A stretch of DNA of 64,000 bases from Camelus ferus (taxonomy: Eukaryota). Positions within the stretch are counted from its first letter, which is position 1; every line of letters begins with the position of its first letter. The notes beneath the pieces were generated by a model. It was given only the letters and a program-made list of their open reading frames with translations, was not told the DNA's origin and searched no databases. Below, in pieces: positions 33,961-48,061 of this stretch. The position numbers were made by a program, and so were the translations under genes. The stretch lies in contig NC_045696.1 in NCBI RefSeq assembly GCF_009834535.1, forward strand, positions 50,470,001 through 50,534,000. Direction: 5' to 3'.

Positions 33961-36900
33961 TGAATTTACTTTGGAAAATAAACTAATTCTGATATCAAGT
34001 GCAGTACTATCCCAATTGTCTTTTATTCCCAAGAAACCGAGATAATTAATAGAAATCTTATTGAAAACTTAACCTTGAAGGAGGTCTGCATTAAGATGCA
34101 TGTGAAAGGAGGGACCCCCAACCTCTACCCCAGTGTCCATACCCCTCCTGGTGCCCACCCACACTACACTTTCTTCCCACCTCCCCTTAGTCCACTTCCC
34201 AAAGAGAAACTGGACATGGGGGGAGGGGGGGAGTGCCAGCCAGTGGAAGATCCATCCCCTGTGGCATTAGAAAGGGGAGGGACAGCTAGGAGTCCCCCCA
34301 CCCATTTCCCCCTCCCTCCAAACTCCTGACTTGCCCTTCAATGAATGTTTGTGCCTCCTCATTTCCCCTTACGTACCCTTCAGTGAATCTTTGGTGATGA
34401 TTTTGGCAACTTCGGGTATAATCAGCAATTCTCACAGAATAACAAAAACTTTAAAGGAAGTTATGTTATTTTCATCTATGAGTGACAACTGGGAATGGGA
34501 AGTCCACAAGAATACAGAACTGAATTGAAAAGAATAAAAAGTCAAGTCATGTACCTTGGCTAAAAACCAATATCCAGGCAAAGTACTGAAAAGATACAGG
34601 TATTATTTGATCTCCAAAATGCCCTAATGACTAGAGTCAAGAAGGGACAGGAACTTTTAAAAATAAATATTCCAGACTGAGTCAAATGGGATCACCTTAA
34701 ATGTTTTAGAGAATATTAAATTAATAAATCATTTCTGTGTAACTTTCTAGTAAAAGAATATGAAACATGAAAATGATATCATTCATAGAAGCTGATATCT
34801 GTCTGCAATTTCATTGTTTTCAATGGAACTTTTTCAGAATGACAAATGTTCTGTTGATCATGATTTTATTGTATCAGTGGCTTAAATTTTGTGTTCCCGA
34901 ACTATATATTTGACCATACTGCCTATCTTTTATAAGATGACATGTTTTCAATGATTAACTGGAAAGTAGTTTAAGTTGGTTAAACTCCAGTTAAATTTGG
35001 AAGTTTAAGAATGTTAACAGTTTTCTTCCTAGTTTTGAGAGCAGCTGTTAAGACTATGGCCGCTAAAGTTGATCTTCCTGGGCTCAAACTTCAGTTCTGC
35101 AGCTTAGTTTTTGGTTACTGTATTTTTTTTTTTCCTGTTCTAGAATGTTAATTTGATTCTTTTTCAAATCTGCTGTCATTTTTATAATTTCTAGTTTTCC
35201 ATCAAAACTTTTGTTTTTGCCTTTTGTCTCCTTGAACATAAAAAGGATATTTTAAAGTCTCTGTCTGAGAATTCCAGTATTTAGAGTGGCTGTGAGTAAA
35301 TCTCCATTATCTGTTGTTTCTGTTGGTACTTTCTGTGACATTGGGTGTCCTCATGTGCCAAGCACTGTGTTTTGTTTTCCAAACTGTAGAAATAATTTGA
35401 GGCCCTGTATGATTTATCTTTCTCCAGAGAAGATTTTCATTTATTCCTGGCAGGAATCTGTGAGAGTTAGCAATCTGGCATTATCCTAATCCAATGATAA
35501 GGACAGATTTCCTAGGCCACCAGGTGCCTGAAAACTGAGTTGCAGTCTATGTGAGGAATGCTTTTATTTTCTCCCCGCCTCCCCACCTCTTCTGCCCCAA
35601 GAAGCTGTCAAAGCACTACTCTACCTTTCAGCCAGCTCTTCTTGATCAACAAATATCCCCAAGGCTCAAGTAGGTACAAGTGCCAGCCTCACCAGTTTAT
35701 TTTTCTTTCTTTTCCTGGATCTTGACCAGGTAATTCTTCATCACCTTTCCAGTTCTCTGATATCTTCCAACAGATTTATTATTATTATTATCCCTAGTTT
35801 TCCTACTTGTCTTCAGTGGGAAGATTGGTCTGAATTTCTGTCTGTCATTACCTGATACAGAAATCCCATCCTTTGATTTTTCACTTTTCCTTATCTCTCC
35901 CAATCAATCAGCAAGTCTTTTGGGTTCCTCCTTTAAAGTATTTCCTAAATTTGACCATTCCACTAATCTCCACTGTATTGGATTAGACCGAAAAAAAAAA
36001 GTGAATAAAGTTCTTAATTCAAAAGCATGCTGTGTGTGTGGTGTTTTTTTTTTTTTTTAATTTAACCTGTAAGTAACAGTAGAAAGATAAACAGATACCA
36101 GAAGCTGAAGAACCCTTACATTTGGTAGCTGCTCCATTTTATCACAACTTTCTGCAAGTCTGCTCTATTAAAATTTTGGTTTATTTTGGTCATTTGTAGC
36201 ATTGATTATGTGAGTGAAACATAAAAGCTCAGATAGTCCATACATCAAGTTTAAGAATTCTAAGTCAGAAGTCCTACATTAAGATACTTTTCCTTGACAT
36301 TGTAAATGCTGTTATTAACATCTGTCTAAATTATGCTTCTGTGACTGTTTTCCTACTAGTGATCTTTCTTTCTTGTATGTTTTAATTCTTCTTATTTCAT
36401 ATGCGACCAATAATTTTGGAGTGGTTTAATGTGATTTGACAGTGGGATTTTTCTAAAGAATACTGTTATGATCATCTCACCTTTAGGGGAAAAAAGAGTC
36501 TGAGACTGTTGAAAATGTTCAGATGTTGAATGCTCTGTATTGAAAAAAGGAAGTCGATAAGATCTTTTTGGTTTAGTGTTTCTATATTTTACTTGGATGA
36601 ACATGATAAAGCAGTCAAACCTATAAGAAGTGATAAACCCTGGTTCTAACAAGTTAGTCCTAAAGCAGTTGTGACTGAGCTCCTGCTGGTGCTGCACCCA
36701 CCTTGGGGAGAGTCAGCCAGGGATGAGTTTGCACCACAAGTTGATCTAAAAACCCTAATTCTTCAACGTGAGAACCCGAGAACCAAAGGCAGTGGGAATG
36801 CAAGTTTAGGGCAAGGGACATGCTGGAAAGCATCTTTTAAAAAATCTTATTTATAGTTTCTTAATCCATTGTTATTCTTCTTCCACAAGATTGGAAGTAC

Positions 36901-37217
36901 AAATATTAAGTTATTCAGTTATGCTCAATATATATCAATTTGTACCTCTATTAAATGGAATTCAACACAATGACTTTAAGGGGTCATTCGAAATAATGCT
37001 TCTACAAGGCAAAGAGATGCATGATCTAAAATATACTTTCTATATAAAGGAACAAAAAATGAGAGAGGGATCAAAATATATTTTAATGGTTATTATTATA
37101 AAATATCTTCTTGGTAAAAACTAAACAGTAGCACAAAATTATATAAAATAAAAAGTGAAAATACTCCTCCAAGTGCTTCGGTTTCCACCTGCCTTCCCAC
37201 TCCCCTGCACCATTTGA

Positions 37218-37683
37218 GGTAGACAGAACAATGTTCCCCCCAAACAAGTTCACATCCTAACCCCGAGAATTTGTGAATGAATTTCCTTATATGGCAAAAA
37301 GGACTTTGCAAATGTGATTAAGTTAAGGAGTTTAAAATGGGGAAATTATTTTGGATTATCTGGTTGGGTCCAATACAATCACAAGGATCCTTATAAGAGA
37401 AAAAGGGAGGGAGGCAAGTCAGAGTGAGAGAGAGAGAGACGGAAGATGCTACCCTGCTGGCTTTGGAGATGGAGAGAGGAGACAAGAGCCGAGGAATGCG
37501 GGCTGCCCCTAGAAGCTGGAAAAGGCAAAGAAGCAGACTTTCCCCTAGAGCTTCTAGAAGAAACATAACCTTACTGACACCTTGATTTTAGCCCAGTTAA
37601 AGCCATTTCAGGTTTCTGACCTCCAGAACTATAAGACAATACATTTATAAGACAAAAGTTAGGTTTGTGGTACTTAATTAATA
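37218..37683 (+). mobile_element. MLT1-type (MaLR) solo LTR
   Basis: CACATCCTAA.CCC.AGAA..TGTGAAT...TATGGCAAAAAGGACTTTGCA.ATGTGATTAAGTTAAGGA...TTCTGACCTCCAGAACT.TAAGA.AATA.ATTT. Confidence 0.9.
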
Positions 37684-38824
37684 CACTGTTTAACCACTGC
37701 TATGCTTGTGTGGTCTTCCACAATAGGTACGAAGGCCTGCTATGATTTTGTTTTATTATTCTTCCTCCTTGGTCAGGCCCACTCCTATTATTTGTGGGGC
37801 CCAGGTGAGAGTACAGACAGGGGCCCACGTATCACATGCCCAAATATTTTAAAGTTGCAAAGCAAGGTGACAAAGTATTAAATGAAATGTGTTTTATTCT
37901 CCTACCTTAACAAATAGAACTTCAAAACCAAAAAATTTTAAATGTAAACTTATGATTTGTAAAAGACCAAATGTTGGCAAAATATCAAAGATGGCCAAAT
38001 TCAATTCCTCTTATTGTAAGTCTGGGTCTTCTCTTGATGGTCCATCTATGTTTGAGTTATAAAACATGTATAATTCATAAGCCTTTATATAGTTGTCACA
38101 CATCCTCTTCTTTTTTCTATACAATTCAGTTTCCCCCCTCAGTAAACTGACCACTCATATGTTTTGCCAGCCTTTTCTCTTTCTACGTGGGTTAACTATA
38201 TTTATTGTTGATGTACTTCAATTCCTTATATTCAGGATATTAATCACCTCAGCTGCCTCCTGGCTTGCACCCGCTCCCCACCATCTGTCTGCTTCCAAAA
38301 GTTTAAAAGAAGTTAAAAAGCTACATATTTTATTTTAAACTTTGTCTCAAAGACAACATTTGGAATTATCTAATGGATTTGAACCTTGCATGTTCATTGT
38401 ATTTGTTTTTGTTTTGTTTTTTACCAATATGAGAATTCTATCATTTTATGGTTTAAACTATTTACATGTATTATAATTGCTGTGAAGTTTGATCTTATTT
38501 CAGCCATCTTATTTCAGGTTATCTATTTACCATACTTTTAAATTTTATTTACTTATCCTTTTGTAATATTCCCCTTAGAAGAATACAATTTGCTTATTCT
38601 ATTTTAAAAGAGCTACATCTTATTTTTATTTTTATAGTGAAGAGCCCAACTAAATAAGATTCATCTTTATGCTTATTTTTTCCTGTGAAGTTATGAAGTT
38701 TATCAATATCTAAATCTTCTCTCCACCACAAAGCCAAGACAAATACCCAAACTCCTGTTCACATTTCTGTGGTCCTTTTGCCATAGGACCCCCACACCCA
38801 CGCTATAATGGTATCAACTGCAAG

Positions 38825-39095
38825 CAGGCTGCTCCAAATGTGGTCCATGAACCAGCACTAGTTTACAAACTGTTTGATATCAGTTTTGATATTAAAAAAA
38901 AAAAAGGGAACTTGGTGCCAGAATGTAAACCATCTGTTTTACTCAGCACACAGTTCAGTGCAGGTGACTTTTTTTCCCCTAGCAAAATTTTCTCAAAAAA
39001 AAGAGTATATTCCTTTACATTTCTGCATATGCTTCTTGTCTCATCCAAGTGATAACAAACTATTGTTGGACTGGCACTTGAGCAGCACTAGCCTG
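38825..39095. mobile_element. hAT-Charlie-type non-autonomous DNA transposon inside old antisense L1 fragments
   Basis: Imperfect terminal inverted repeats CAGGCTGCTCCAAATGTGGTCC ... GGACTGGCACTTGAGCAGCACT. Confidence 0.5.
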
Positions 39096-40742
39096 GACTA
39101 GAGTTTTAGTTCTGGATTATTAGACTGTGCTTTTGGGTGTCATTACTTATTTAGTCAACTCTAAAATATACTGAGCTTGATGTTCATTTTCCTCAATTCT
39201 TCAGTGCTTTAAAAATGCTACCTTATTCCATTATTCTTTTTTCCTAAGTAAGAATGGCCTTTACTGTTTGCAAGGGAAAGTGGAAGAGGAGGGGGTCGGA
39301 GGCTAGGACAGCTGCGGCTCCTAGGGGCGGCTCCACAGACTCCGTCACCGCTTTCAAAAGCAGTGCTCCTTTCTTCTCTAGCATTCAGTGCTGCTACTCA
39401 GAACGTTTAATCTGACTCTTACTACTTGATAGTTGACCTGCATTTATCCTCTGGAAACTTTCAATATTTGCTTTTTGTACTTGGTGCTCTAACATGTTAA
39501 TTTAGTATAATTAGGTGTAGTAGGGTTTCTTTCATTTATTCTGTTGCATGAGCCCTTTCAAACTGAGGTTTTACATCTTACATTCTAGAAATTTTTCAAT
39601 AATTATTTTTTAAAATACTAACTTTCCTCCACTTATTTTACAGTGACACCAATAATGTTGATATTAACATTTCCTCTTGTACCCTTACCCAACAGCTCTT
39701 CTTTTTTTTAATGGTTCATCTTAGAACTCTTTCCCAGTGCTTTCCCAGAATATTCTATAACTTGATCATCTAGCTCACTATTTTTTTTTGCATTCTTCAT
39801 TCTGCTATTCAATTATTAACACCATCCACTGAGATTTTTACTTCAATAATAATAAATTTATATCCAGTATCTCCAATCAGTTCTTTAAAGCTTCCTGTTT
39901 TCTTGTTTCCCATGCTCTCCCTTATCTCTCTAAGAGTATTTACTGTTTTTATTCTAAATTCTTTATCCACTGGATCTGTTCACTGTGATTACTTCTAGAA
40001 TGTTTTTTTAAACTTTTATCTCTCTTTTTTTTTTTTTAGCTTGTGGGTTCATAATATAAGTTTGTCAGCTCATATTATCACAGTAAAATCAGTTACGCTG
40101 GCAAATACAAGATACAGGGGAAGAAGAGTGAACTAAGACCTAGCTTGTAGTAGTTTAGGCAGGTAGAGGGAGACCCGCAAGCATGGAGACCATCCTGCAT
40201 TATGTTCTGGGCTCAACCACTCCTTCTGTGCCCTCACCCACGAGATCCTACCTATCAGGTAACTGCCTTGTACCTTATCCCAAGCATCCTTTCTAAAGGT
40301 AAGCAGAAAAAACCTTTCGTAATTGATTGTCCAGCTCATGGAGGAGGATGAGTAAGGAGATTGGAAGGAATATTCCAGAACCTAACTGCACTCACCTCCA
40401 GTGAAATATCCCAGGATTCACTTAACCACCCTAGGATCTGCTGTTCATTCCAATTCAATCACTGGTGTTCATTGCACAGCTCTTTAGAGGCCCTATTCTT
40501 CACGACAGGTAGATGACACAGCAATGTTGATTGTAACTTCATTCAACATAAAGAATTCTAGTCTTGCCACGTTTCAATACAATGACTAGAGCAGATTTGT
40601 CCCACCTTTCTAAAAAATTTCCAGAAAAATCATTTGTATTTAAATCAGAACCTGGAATATATCTTTTCTGCAAGGATACGACCCCACAAAAATTGCAGAT
40701 GAGAAACACCTCATTTTAAAACTTTTTACCTTTTAATCTACA

Positions 40743-41288
40743 TACAGAAGAGCTAACATAGCAGGCCTACGACTCCATTAAAAAGGCTTGCTTACAAGAT
40801 TGGCCCTTGGCTGGCGTCTGAGAACTTGATTAGAAAATGCTCCCTAAAGGATAACAGTGGCTCGCTGTATGGAAACTGTTCAGACCAACAGCGCAGTTTA
40901 TGCTGAACACCTGCTTTCTTTCTGAGAGTCTGAGATTTCAGTGACCACAGTCAGTCACATAGTCACTGTCTACACGACCAGCCCTGGAGAAAACACTGGA
41001 GTCTTAGACTCAGGTGAACATTCTTACTAGACGTTTCACACGTGTTGTGATAGCTCACTGCTGGCAGGATTAAGTGCACCCTCTGCAGCTCCCCTGGGAG
41101 AGGACTTGTAGACCTTTGTGACTGGTTTTCTCCAGACTTGACCTTGAGAGCCTTTCCCTTCACCAGTTTTGCTTTGTATCCTTTCACTGCGATAAGTCAT
41201 AGCTTCGAGTACAACCATGTGCTGAGTCCTGTGAGTCCTCCTAGTGAATCACCAAATTTGGGGAGCAGTCTTGGGGACCCCAGACACA
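40743..41288 (+). mobile_element. MER21-family LTR
   Basis: Starts ..AGAAGAGCTAACATAGCAGGCCT; contains GATTGGCCCTTGGCTGGC; ends GAGTCCTCCTAGTGAATCA...GTCTTGGGGACCCCAGACACA. Confidence 0.8.
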
Positions 41289-43799
41289 ATTTACCTGTCA
41301 GTGAATTAAACAATCTGAATCTATCTCAACATCTCTGCCTGTGGAATGCCATCTCATCTATTCAGGGTACCAGAGAGTACATCATTCACTTCCAATAAGG
41401 CAACACAGATATATACTATGGTGTAAACCTGCCCATCAAAATAACCTTGCCTAATAGGTAATAAGAATTAAAAGGTTAGTAAATTATTTGTGAAAACAGC
41501 AAAATGCTTTTTTCCAACAACAACAAAAATTAAAGCTGAATAATATAAAAACACAAGTTGAAGAGTGTTCTAAAATATTTCAATGGCACTAGAATGGCAA
41601 AGAGATCAAATATGCAATTATAAGTGAAAAAAACTGATTCCATAAAACAACTGTTTTTCTCTCTATTGAGAAAAATAACCTTGAAGGAAGTCAAGCTCTA
41701 CACTCCTCCTCCTTCAACCCAAAACATTCTAAGAACTCACCTCCTACACATGAGTACTGTCTTATATTTAATCTCCAGATCTCTTTAGAAAAACCTGTTA
41801 GTACAGCAAGCATAACCTAAAAAGCAAGCTCAGAAATCTTCTCTGAAGGAAAAACATCTCTCTGAAGTTAGAGATCTCCTCTAAAGTGACATTAATGAAA
41901 TATAAAGTGAAACTGAGTGGTCTGATGAGCTCCCAAAGAAGAGGATCACAGGAAGTACGTCTCTATTGTTACTTGAATGATGGTCAAATAATACATTTTA
42001 CGAATAACCATTTATAATCTAATTAGAAAACTAGGTAGACAAATCATACATGTGTGTGCCATAAATTTGTTTTTTTAAATTTAATTTTTTAATCAGCTGC
42101 TGCACAGAAAAATTGACAGAAATATAATTAAATGTACTTTTAATTTAAAGCATTCACTCAGACAGTAGTTATTACAATTCAAGCAACGTAAGTTACATGT
42201 GGAGAGCTCTCCCACATTACTCTCATTCATCTAATGCCTCTTCCTAATACAAGAGTTTGAGATCCCAATTGGATTGCAGCCAGGTTTTTCTAGCTGACTC
42301 CTGGCTCCCAGATCAACTCCTGGCAGAGCAGGCACCCAATAAATGTTAATTACTATTGTTTAAAACAAGGGGAGAAGTATGGTGGGGAAAGGCCTTCTGT
42401 AAAGTGGACACTGAGACCCACTCCATTACCTCTCTCTGCACTTAGAAGTTTTCCTAGAATCTCTGCCCTTCCTTCAGCCAGGGCTTTGCCATTTCTAGCC
42501 CAAGATAAGAGTTAATCTATGTGTATGCTGTGCTTGCTGACTCTGATATCTCCAATTCTGCCTACGGTGTTTGCCTTCTTCGTGTCTTAGATGGATTCCC
42601 TAACACTTAACACTCAGAGGACTTGGACATAGACTGAGATCAGTCTGGTCCAATGGCCTTTCGTTATACAGACAGACATCACTGAAGGAATAACTGAGAT
42701 GATCCTGTCCTAATGGTAAGACTCCACCAACTGTTCTACCTACGTTCCTTCCATTCTCACTAGATAAACATGACAGAGTACAACTACAGATTTAGGTCAG
42801 ATCTGTTTTAGCACTAAAAGCTGATTCTCAGGAATGTGGGTGAAGTATGTAATACCTTCCTAAGTCACATTAAGTAGTGAAATGTGTTCACTTTACGGTA
42901 AACAACCTCCTAAGCTGTCAAACAGAAAGTACTTTGTCTCAGGAGGATGACCAGGAATACATCCTAATCTCTGCTAGTTTCCACAACATAAGCAGATTAC
43001 TGACCTTTACCAAAGATCACGAATACCCACTGGATGAGGAAATGTCCTGAGTGGAAGGGACATTCTTGAACCTCCTGAAGACCAGCTGGTACATTAAGGG
43101 AGGGTAACAGATCACCCGATTAACCGGCACCACAGGCACTCTCAGCCTTACAGCTTTATTCTGACTCCTCCATGGTAGGGCTGAAATCTACACAGGACAT
43201 TCCAGCTATCCTGCATGGTAGTGTGATGTCTCTGGACACACAGAAGGAACTACATGGCATCTTAAAATGCTGTATTAATCAGCTTCAGTCAAATCAGTTT
43301 CAGTAAAAACAAGGAGAGAAGTGTATTGACTTGTGTGATTGGAGAGCAGAGGGACAGAGGACATGATATTCAACATAGGTCATGAGGAGTCATGCCATCC
43401 CCATCCCCATCTCTCAGTACTGTTGTTCTTTCATGTTAGCTTCATTCTCTCTTTAAAGCATTGTAGGCATCCTTCACACGGTAGTGAAAAACAGCCATGA
43501 GTGCTGGCCTCACTTCCCAGCATCGTGACACGAGGCTCAGTGGCAGAGCCAGCTGCCTGCCCAACTTTAATACAGTGACTGGCTTGGTTGGGATCACTTG
43601 CACATTATTTATATAACCATGTTTCATAATACACATAATGTATGGCCAAATCCCACCTGCTGTGATCAGAAGAGTGGAGTTCTGTTATTGATAGCCCCAC
43701 CAGAGCCACACAGGGTGGAAGCCGATGGTTCCTCTCTACACAAGGATGCCAAACAGCTAAAAACAACACATGCATACATTCACTTCAGATGTCTATATC

Positions 43800-44270
43800 C
43801 AAGCCAAAGTTTGATAGGAAAAGCTGGAGTCACTGCCAGCATCCATCCTTTTCACTCCATCCTGGCCACACTGGTCTCCTTGCTGTTCTTCAAACAAGCC
43901 ATAAACACTCCTGCCTCTGAGTCTTTGCAATTCATCTGGAATACTTCCCCTAGGTCATTGCATAGTTATTCCCTTACTTCCTTCATGTCTATGGTCAGAT
44001 GTCACCTTCTCAGTGAAGATTACACTAAAATGGGGATATCCATTCACCTCTCTCCACAGACACATCTCCCTACCCAGCTTTAGCTTTTTCCTAAGCATTT
44101 GTCATTATCTAACATAGCCTGTATTTTATTTATCTTATTCATTGTCTCAAGACAATAGCACGAGAACAGACGCTTTTTTCTGTTTCATTTACTCACTGTT
44201 ATATCTCCAGTTCTCAGTACAGTGCTTAGACTATAATTGGCAGTCATTAAATATCTGATGAATGAACAAA
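43800..44270 (+). mobile_element. L2 LINE 3' end
   Basis: CCACACTGG.CTCCTTGCTGTTC.TC.AACA.GCCA ... CAGTGC.TAG...ATAAT.GGCA.TCA.TAAATAT.TG.TGAATGAA. Confidence 0.8.
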
Positions 44271-45189
44271 AGATGGAATCAAGAAGGGGTCACCTTATCA
44301 CTCTCAGTGTCAGGTAATGTACACTACGGTATTACACAGGAAGGAGTACAGAACAGTGCAGTACTTGAATACAGTCCTCATTTAGCCTCCCTGGGCTACC
44401 ACAGTTTAGTAAGTATGTCCTGACCTCAGCGCTGTGGAACTAGACCAATGGCAGGTTTTCCACACTTCTCTGGGAGGAGTGCTAAGATACCCTGAGATGA
44501 ATTCAAGCCCTGTCTTTCACATTCCTTGTCACGTCTGTGCAATCTGCACGACAAAGTAGCTGCTTGGTTTCCTAATCCATATTCCCTTTCCCCACTAGGA
44601 TTTAAATCCTGTTCTGACTCTCATCCCTGACACCCTGCCTAGCCAGGAGGCTTGATCCTGACTGCCAATCCAAAGCCACTGGCTAGGGTACTACTTCACC
44701 AGACAGACCACCTGGAACCAAGATACTGCCCACGATCAGAATCCTGATATTGCCAGAACAACACAGAAAGTACTATTGCAACATCTGATCCACCAGACCA
44801 GATCCTCTTCAGTACTGATTTGGCCTGATTTTCCTGGACTTTGACCATTCCCTGTATACCCTATGACTTCCATCACAGCTCCACAATGGAATTACTTCCC
44901 CTAAGCTAATTCCTCCCATTTCCAGCTTTTTCCCTCTGACTAATAGGCCTCACAACTATGAATGTCTCATGCAGAATTACAAAATGAGTACTGTGATGTC
45001 CGTTAATCCCTGAACACCTTCAAAACCTCTGTAAGAAGTGGCAAAGGTCTTCATGTTCTGGTTTATTTCCATACCTGGGACCACAAGGTTTGCAAATGAA
45101 ATGGCACATATGAGAGCACTTTCAAAGTTTGGAGTTGTCTGCAAATGGGCCTGCATATATATAGAAATTTATTATGATGTAAGTAGTAT

Positions 45190-46200
45190 TATCAACCAGT
45201 GAGGAGAAGATGGATTATTGAATAACTATTGTTATGACAATGGTTAGATAACTGCTAACCATTTGGAAAAAAATTAAGCTGAATTCCCAGCAGACTCTTT
45301 TCATTAAAACAAATTCCAGATATATTAAATATTTAACTGTAAAAAATAAACTACTGAAAGAAAAGATAGGTTAATATGTTTATAATCTTAAATTTTTTTC
45401 TAAACATAACACAAAGCTTAGAATACATAAAAGATTGTTCAGTTTGGCCACCTACAAATTAAAAATCTATACAGCTAAAAGTACAACTAAAAATTCAAAG
45501 AGTAAATAAGTTGGGAAAAATATTTTTAAAACATGACAGATGAGAGGTCAATGTTCTTAATAAACAGTTATGATAAATCAATTTTTAAAGATGAATAACC
45601 TAATAGAAAACATGATGTTTGCCAAAAAAATACAAGTGGTCAAACAAGATGTTAAAATATGTTTATCCTCCTTAATAATCAGGAAAATATAAACAAAACA
45701 AAATAAAACTTTTTGTCTATTAGATTGGCAAGATTATACAACATAATAACTCCCTACTTTTATAATGACTGTTTTGGTGCTGTAATACTTTGTTATTAGA
45801 GAGCAATTTGTTGCAATTTCTTCAGAGGATAGTTTTTCTACAGTCATATGAAAAATAGAAGTGCACATACCTTATGCACCTATCATGTTCTCTTTCAGAA
45901 AGTTATCCTTCCACAAGTGTGCAAAGATACATGAGTGCTCACCGTAGCATTGTTTGTAATAACAAAACCTAAGTAGTGCTCAATAGGACATTGGGGAAAT
46001 AAATGGAATAATATGCCTCCATTAAAAACAATCATGTAGATTGGTATGTATTGATATAGAAAGACTTCCAAATATGTTTTTAAATTTTCAAAGGCTATAG
46101 AATAGTAATTTGAGTTAAAATACAAACACGGTAATATATGTATTAAAAATGTCTGGATGTTTACAATAGTGTTTTCTTGTGGGGGAGTGAGACTAGGGCA
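45190..46200 (+). mobile_element. Old L1 (L1ME-type) 3' fragment
   Basis: GATAACTG.TAACCATTTGGAAAAAA and GTAGCATTGTTTGTAATA.CAAAA motifs. Confidence 0.7.
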
Positions 46201-46899
46201 TGGAGGAAAGTCTCAAAGCCTAATGTGAAGATCAATTTGAAAAAATCAGCTGGCCAGCAGTAGGTCAGGCTACTCTCAAAGTCCTTGGGTCCTGTTTATT
46301 AACTTTTGTGTGACATTAATTCAAGAATTGTCCTGATTAGTCACAGAGACCATGAGTTAACATTGCTATGCTGTTTGCTGCTGATGTTTTAGAAGACTTA
46401 CCATCTTTTAAACGGGAATATCTTTCAAATATTCATTTTATCATGATCCCTGTATCTCCCATTCTGGCACAGATTGGTTTGAATTGCTTTGACAAGAAAC
46501 TTTTGAAATAAGATGTTATCATGTAACTTTAGTGAAATAACTCTGGAACACCTGTGCAAACTGTTTTTGCTTTTACTCTGTAAGAAAACTCTAAAATTTA
46601 AAGGCATTTCCTGCAGCTACAGAGATGGCCTAATGAAATATGAACAGTCTGTCCCTTGAGAACCAGATGCTTTTTCAACTACATTTCTCACCAGCCCTTT
46701 TCATTTTCGCGAAAGTGTTTTTCCTAGTGATTTGTACATCACCATCAGTGGATCCGTGAGACAACCAGAATCTGTGAAGGGTAAATGGGCCTAAAATCCA
46801 CCAGAGCGTCACACGTTATCTCCTTCACTTGAGTCTCAAGGGCCACACAGCCAGCTATGTCTTTTCACCTCTGAAAGCCGTTAAACAGCTTCCCCACAG

Positions 46900-47581
<682 letters not shown>

Positions 47582-47589
47582 TAACTCAG

Positions 47590-47770
47590 TAAGCAAATAC
47601 AGTTTAATTATTTAACCTCTATAGTTAGCCTCTAGTTTTATCATCTGTAAAATGAGGACAATATTATCTTCCTCATAGAGATATTGTAAAAAGCAAATAA
47701 GAAAACATATGTTAAGTGCTTAAAACAGTGCCTGCCACGTTGAAATCATTTATTAGATAGTAGCTGTATG
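47590..47770 (+). mobile_element. MIR SINE in GTPBP8 intron 1
   Basis: TCATCTGTAAAATGAGGACAATA...AAGTGCTTA.AACAGTGCCTG.CAC. Confidence 0.8.
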
Positions 47771-47893
47771 TTAGAATTTGAGGTTTGACTAACCACAATC
47801 TACGTTTTATGCTTAGGCAAGACTGAATAGTGTTAATAGATTTTTGCAGCTAATACAACATATATCTATACATACACACACATACATATGTAA

Positions 47894-48061
<168 letters not shown>

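Noticed and set aside
29659..37683. Oppositely oriented MLT1 LTRs as a provirus or large inverted repeat
   Set aside because: Proviral LTRs would be direct repeats; these are diverged independent solo LTRs with no internal retroviral sequence between them.
43598..44083. 161-aa plus-strand ORF
   Set aside because: Spans an LTR relic and an L2 fragment; no coding signature.
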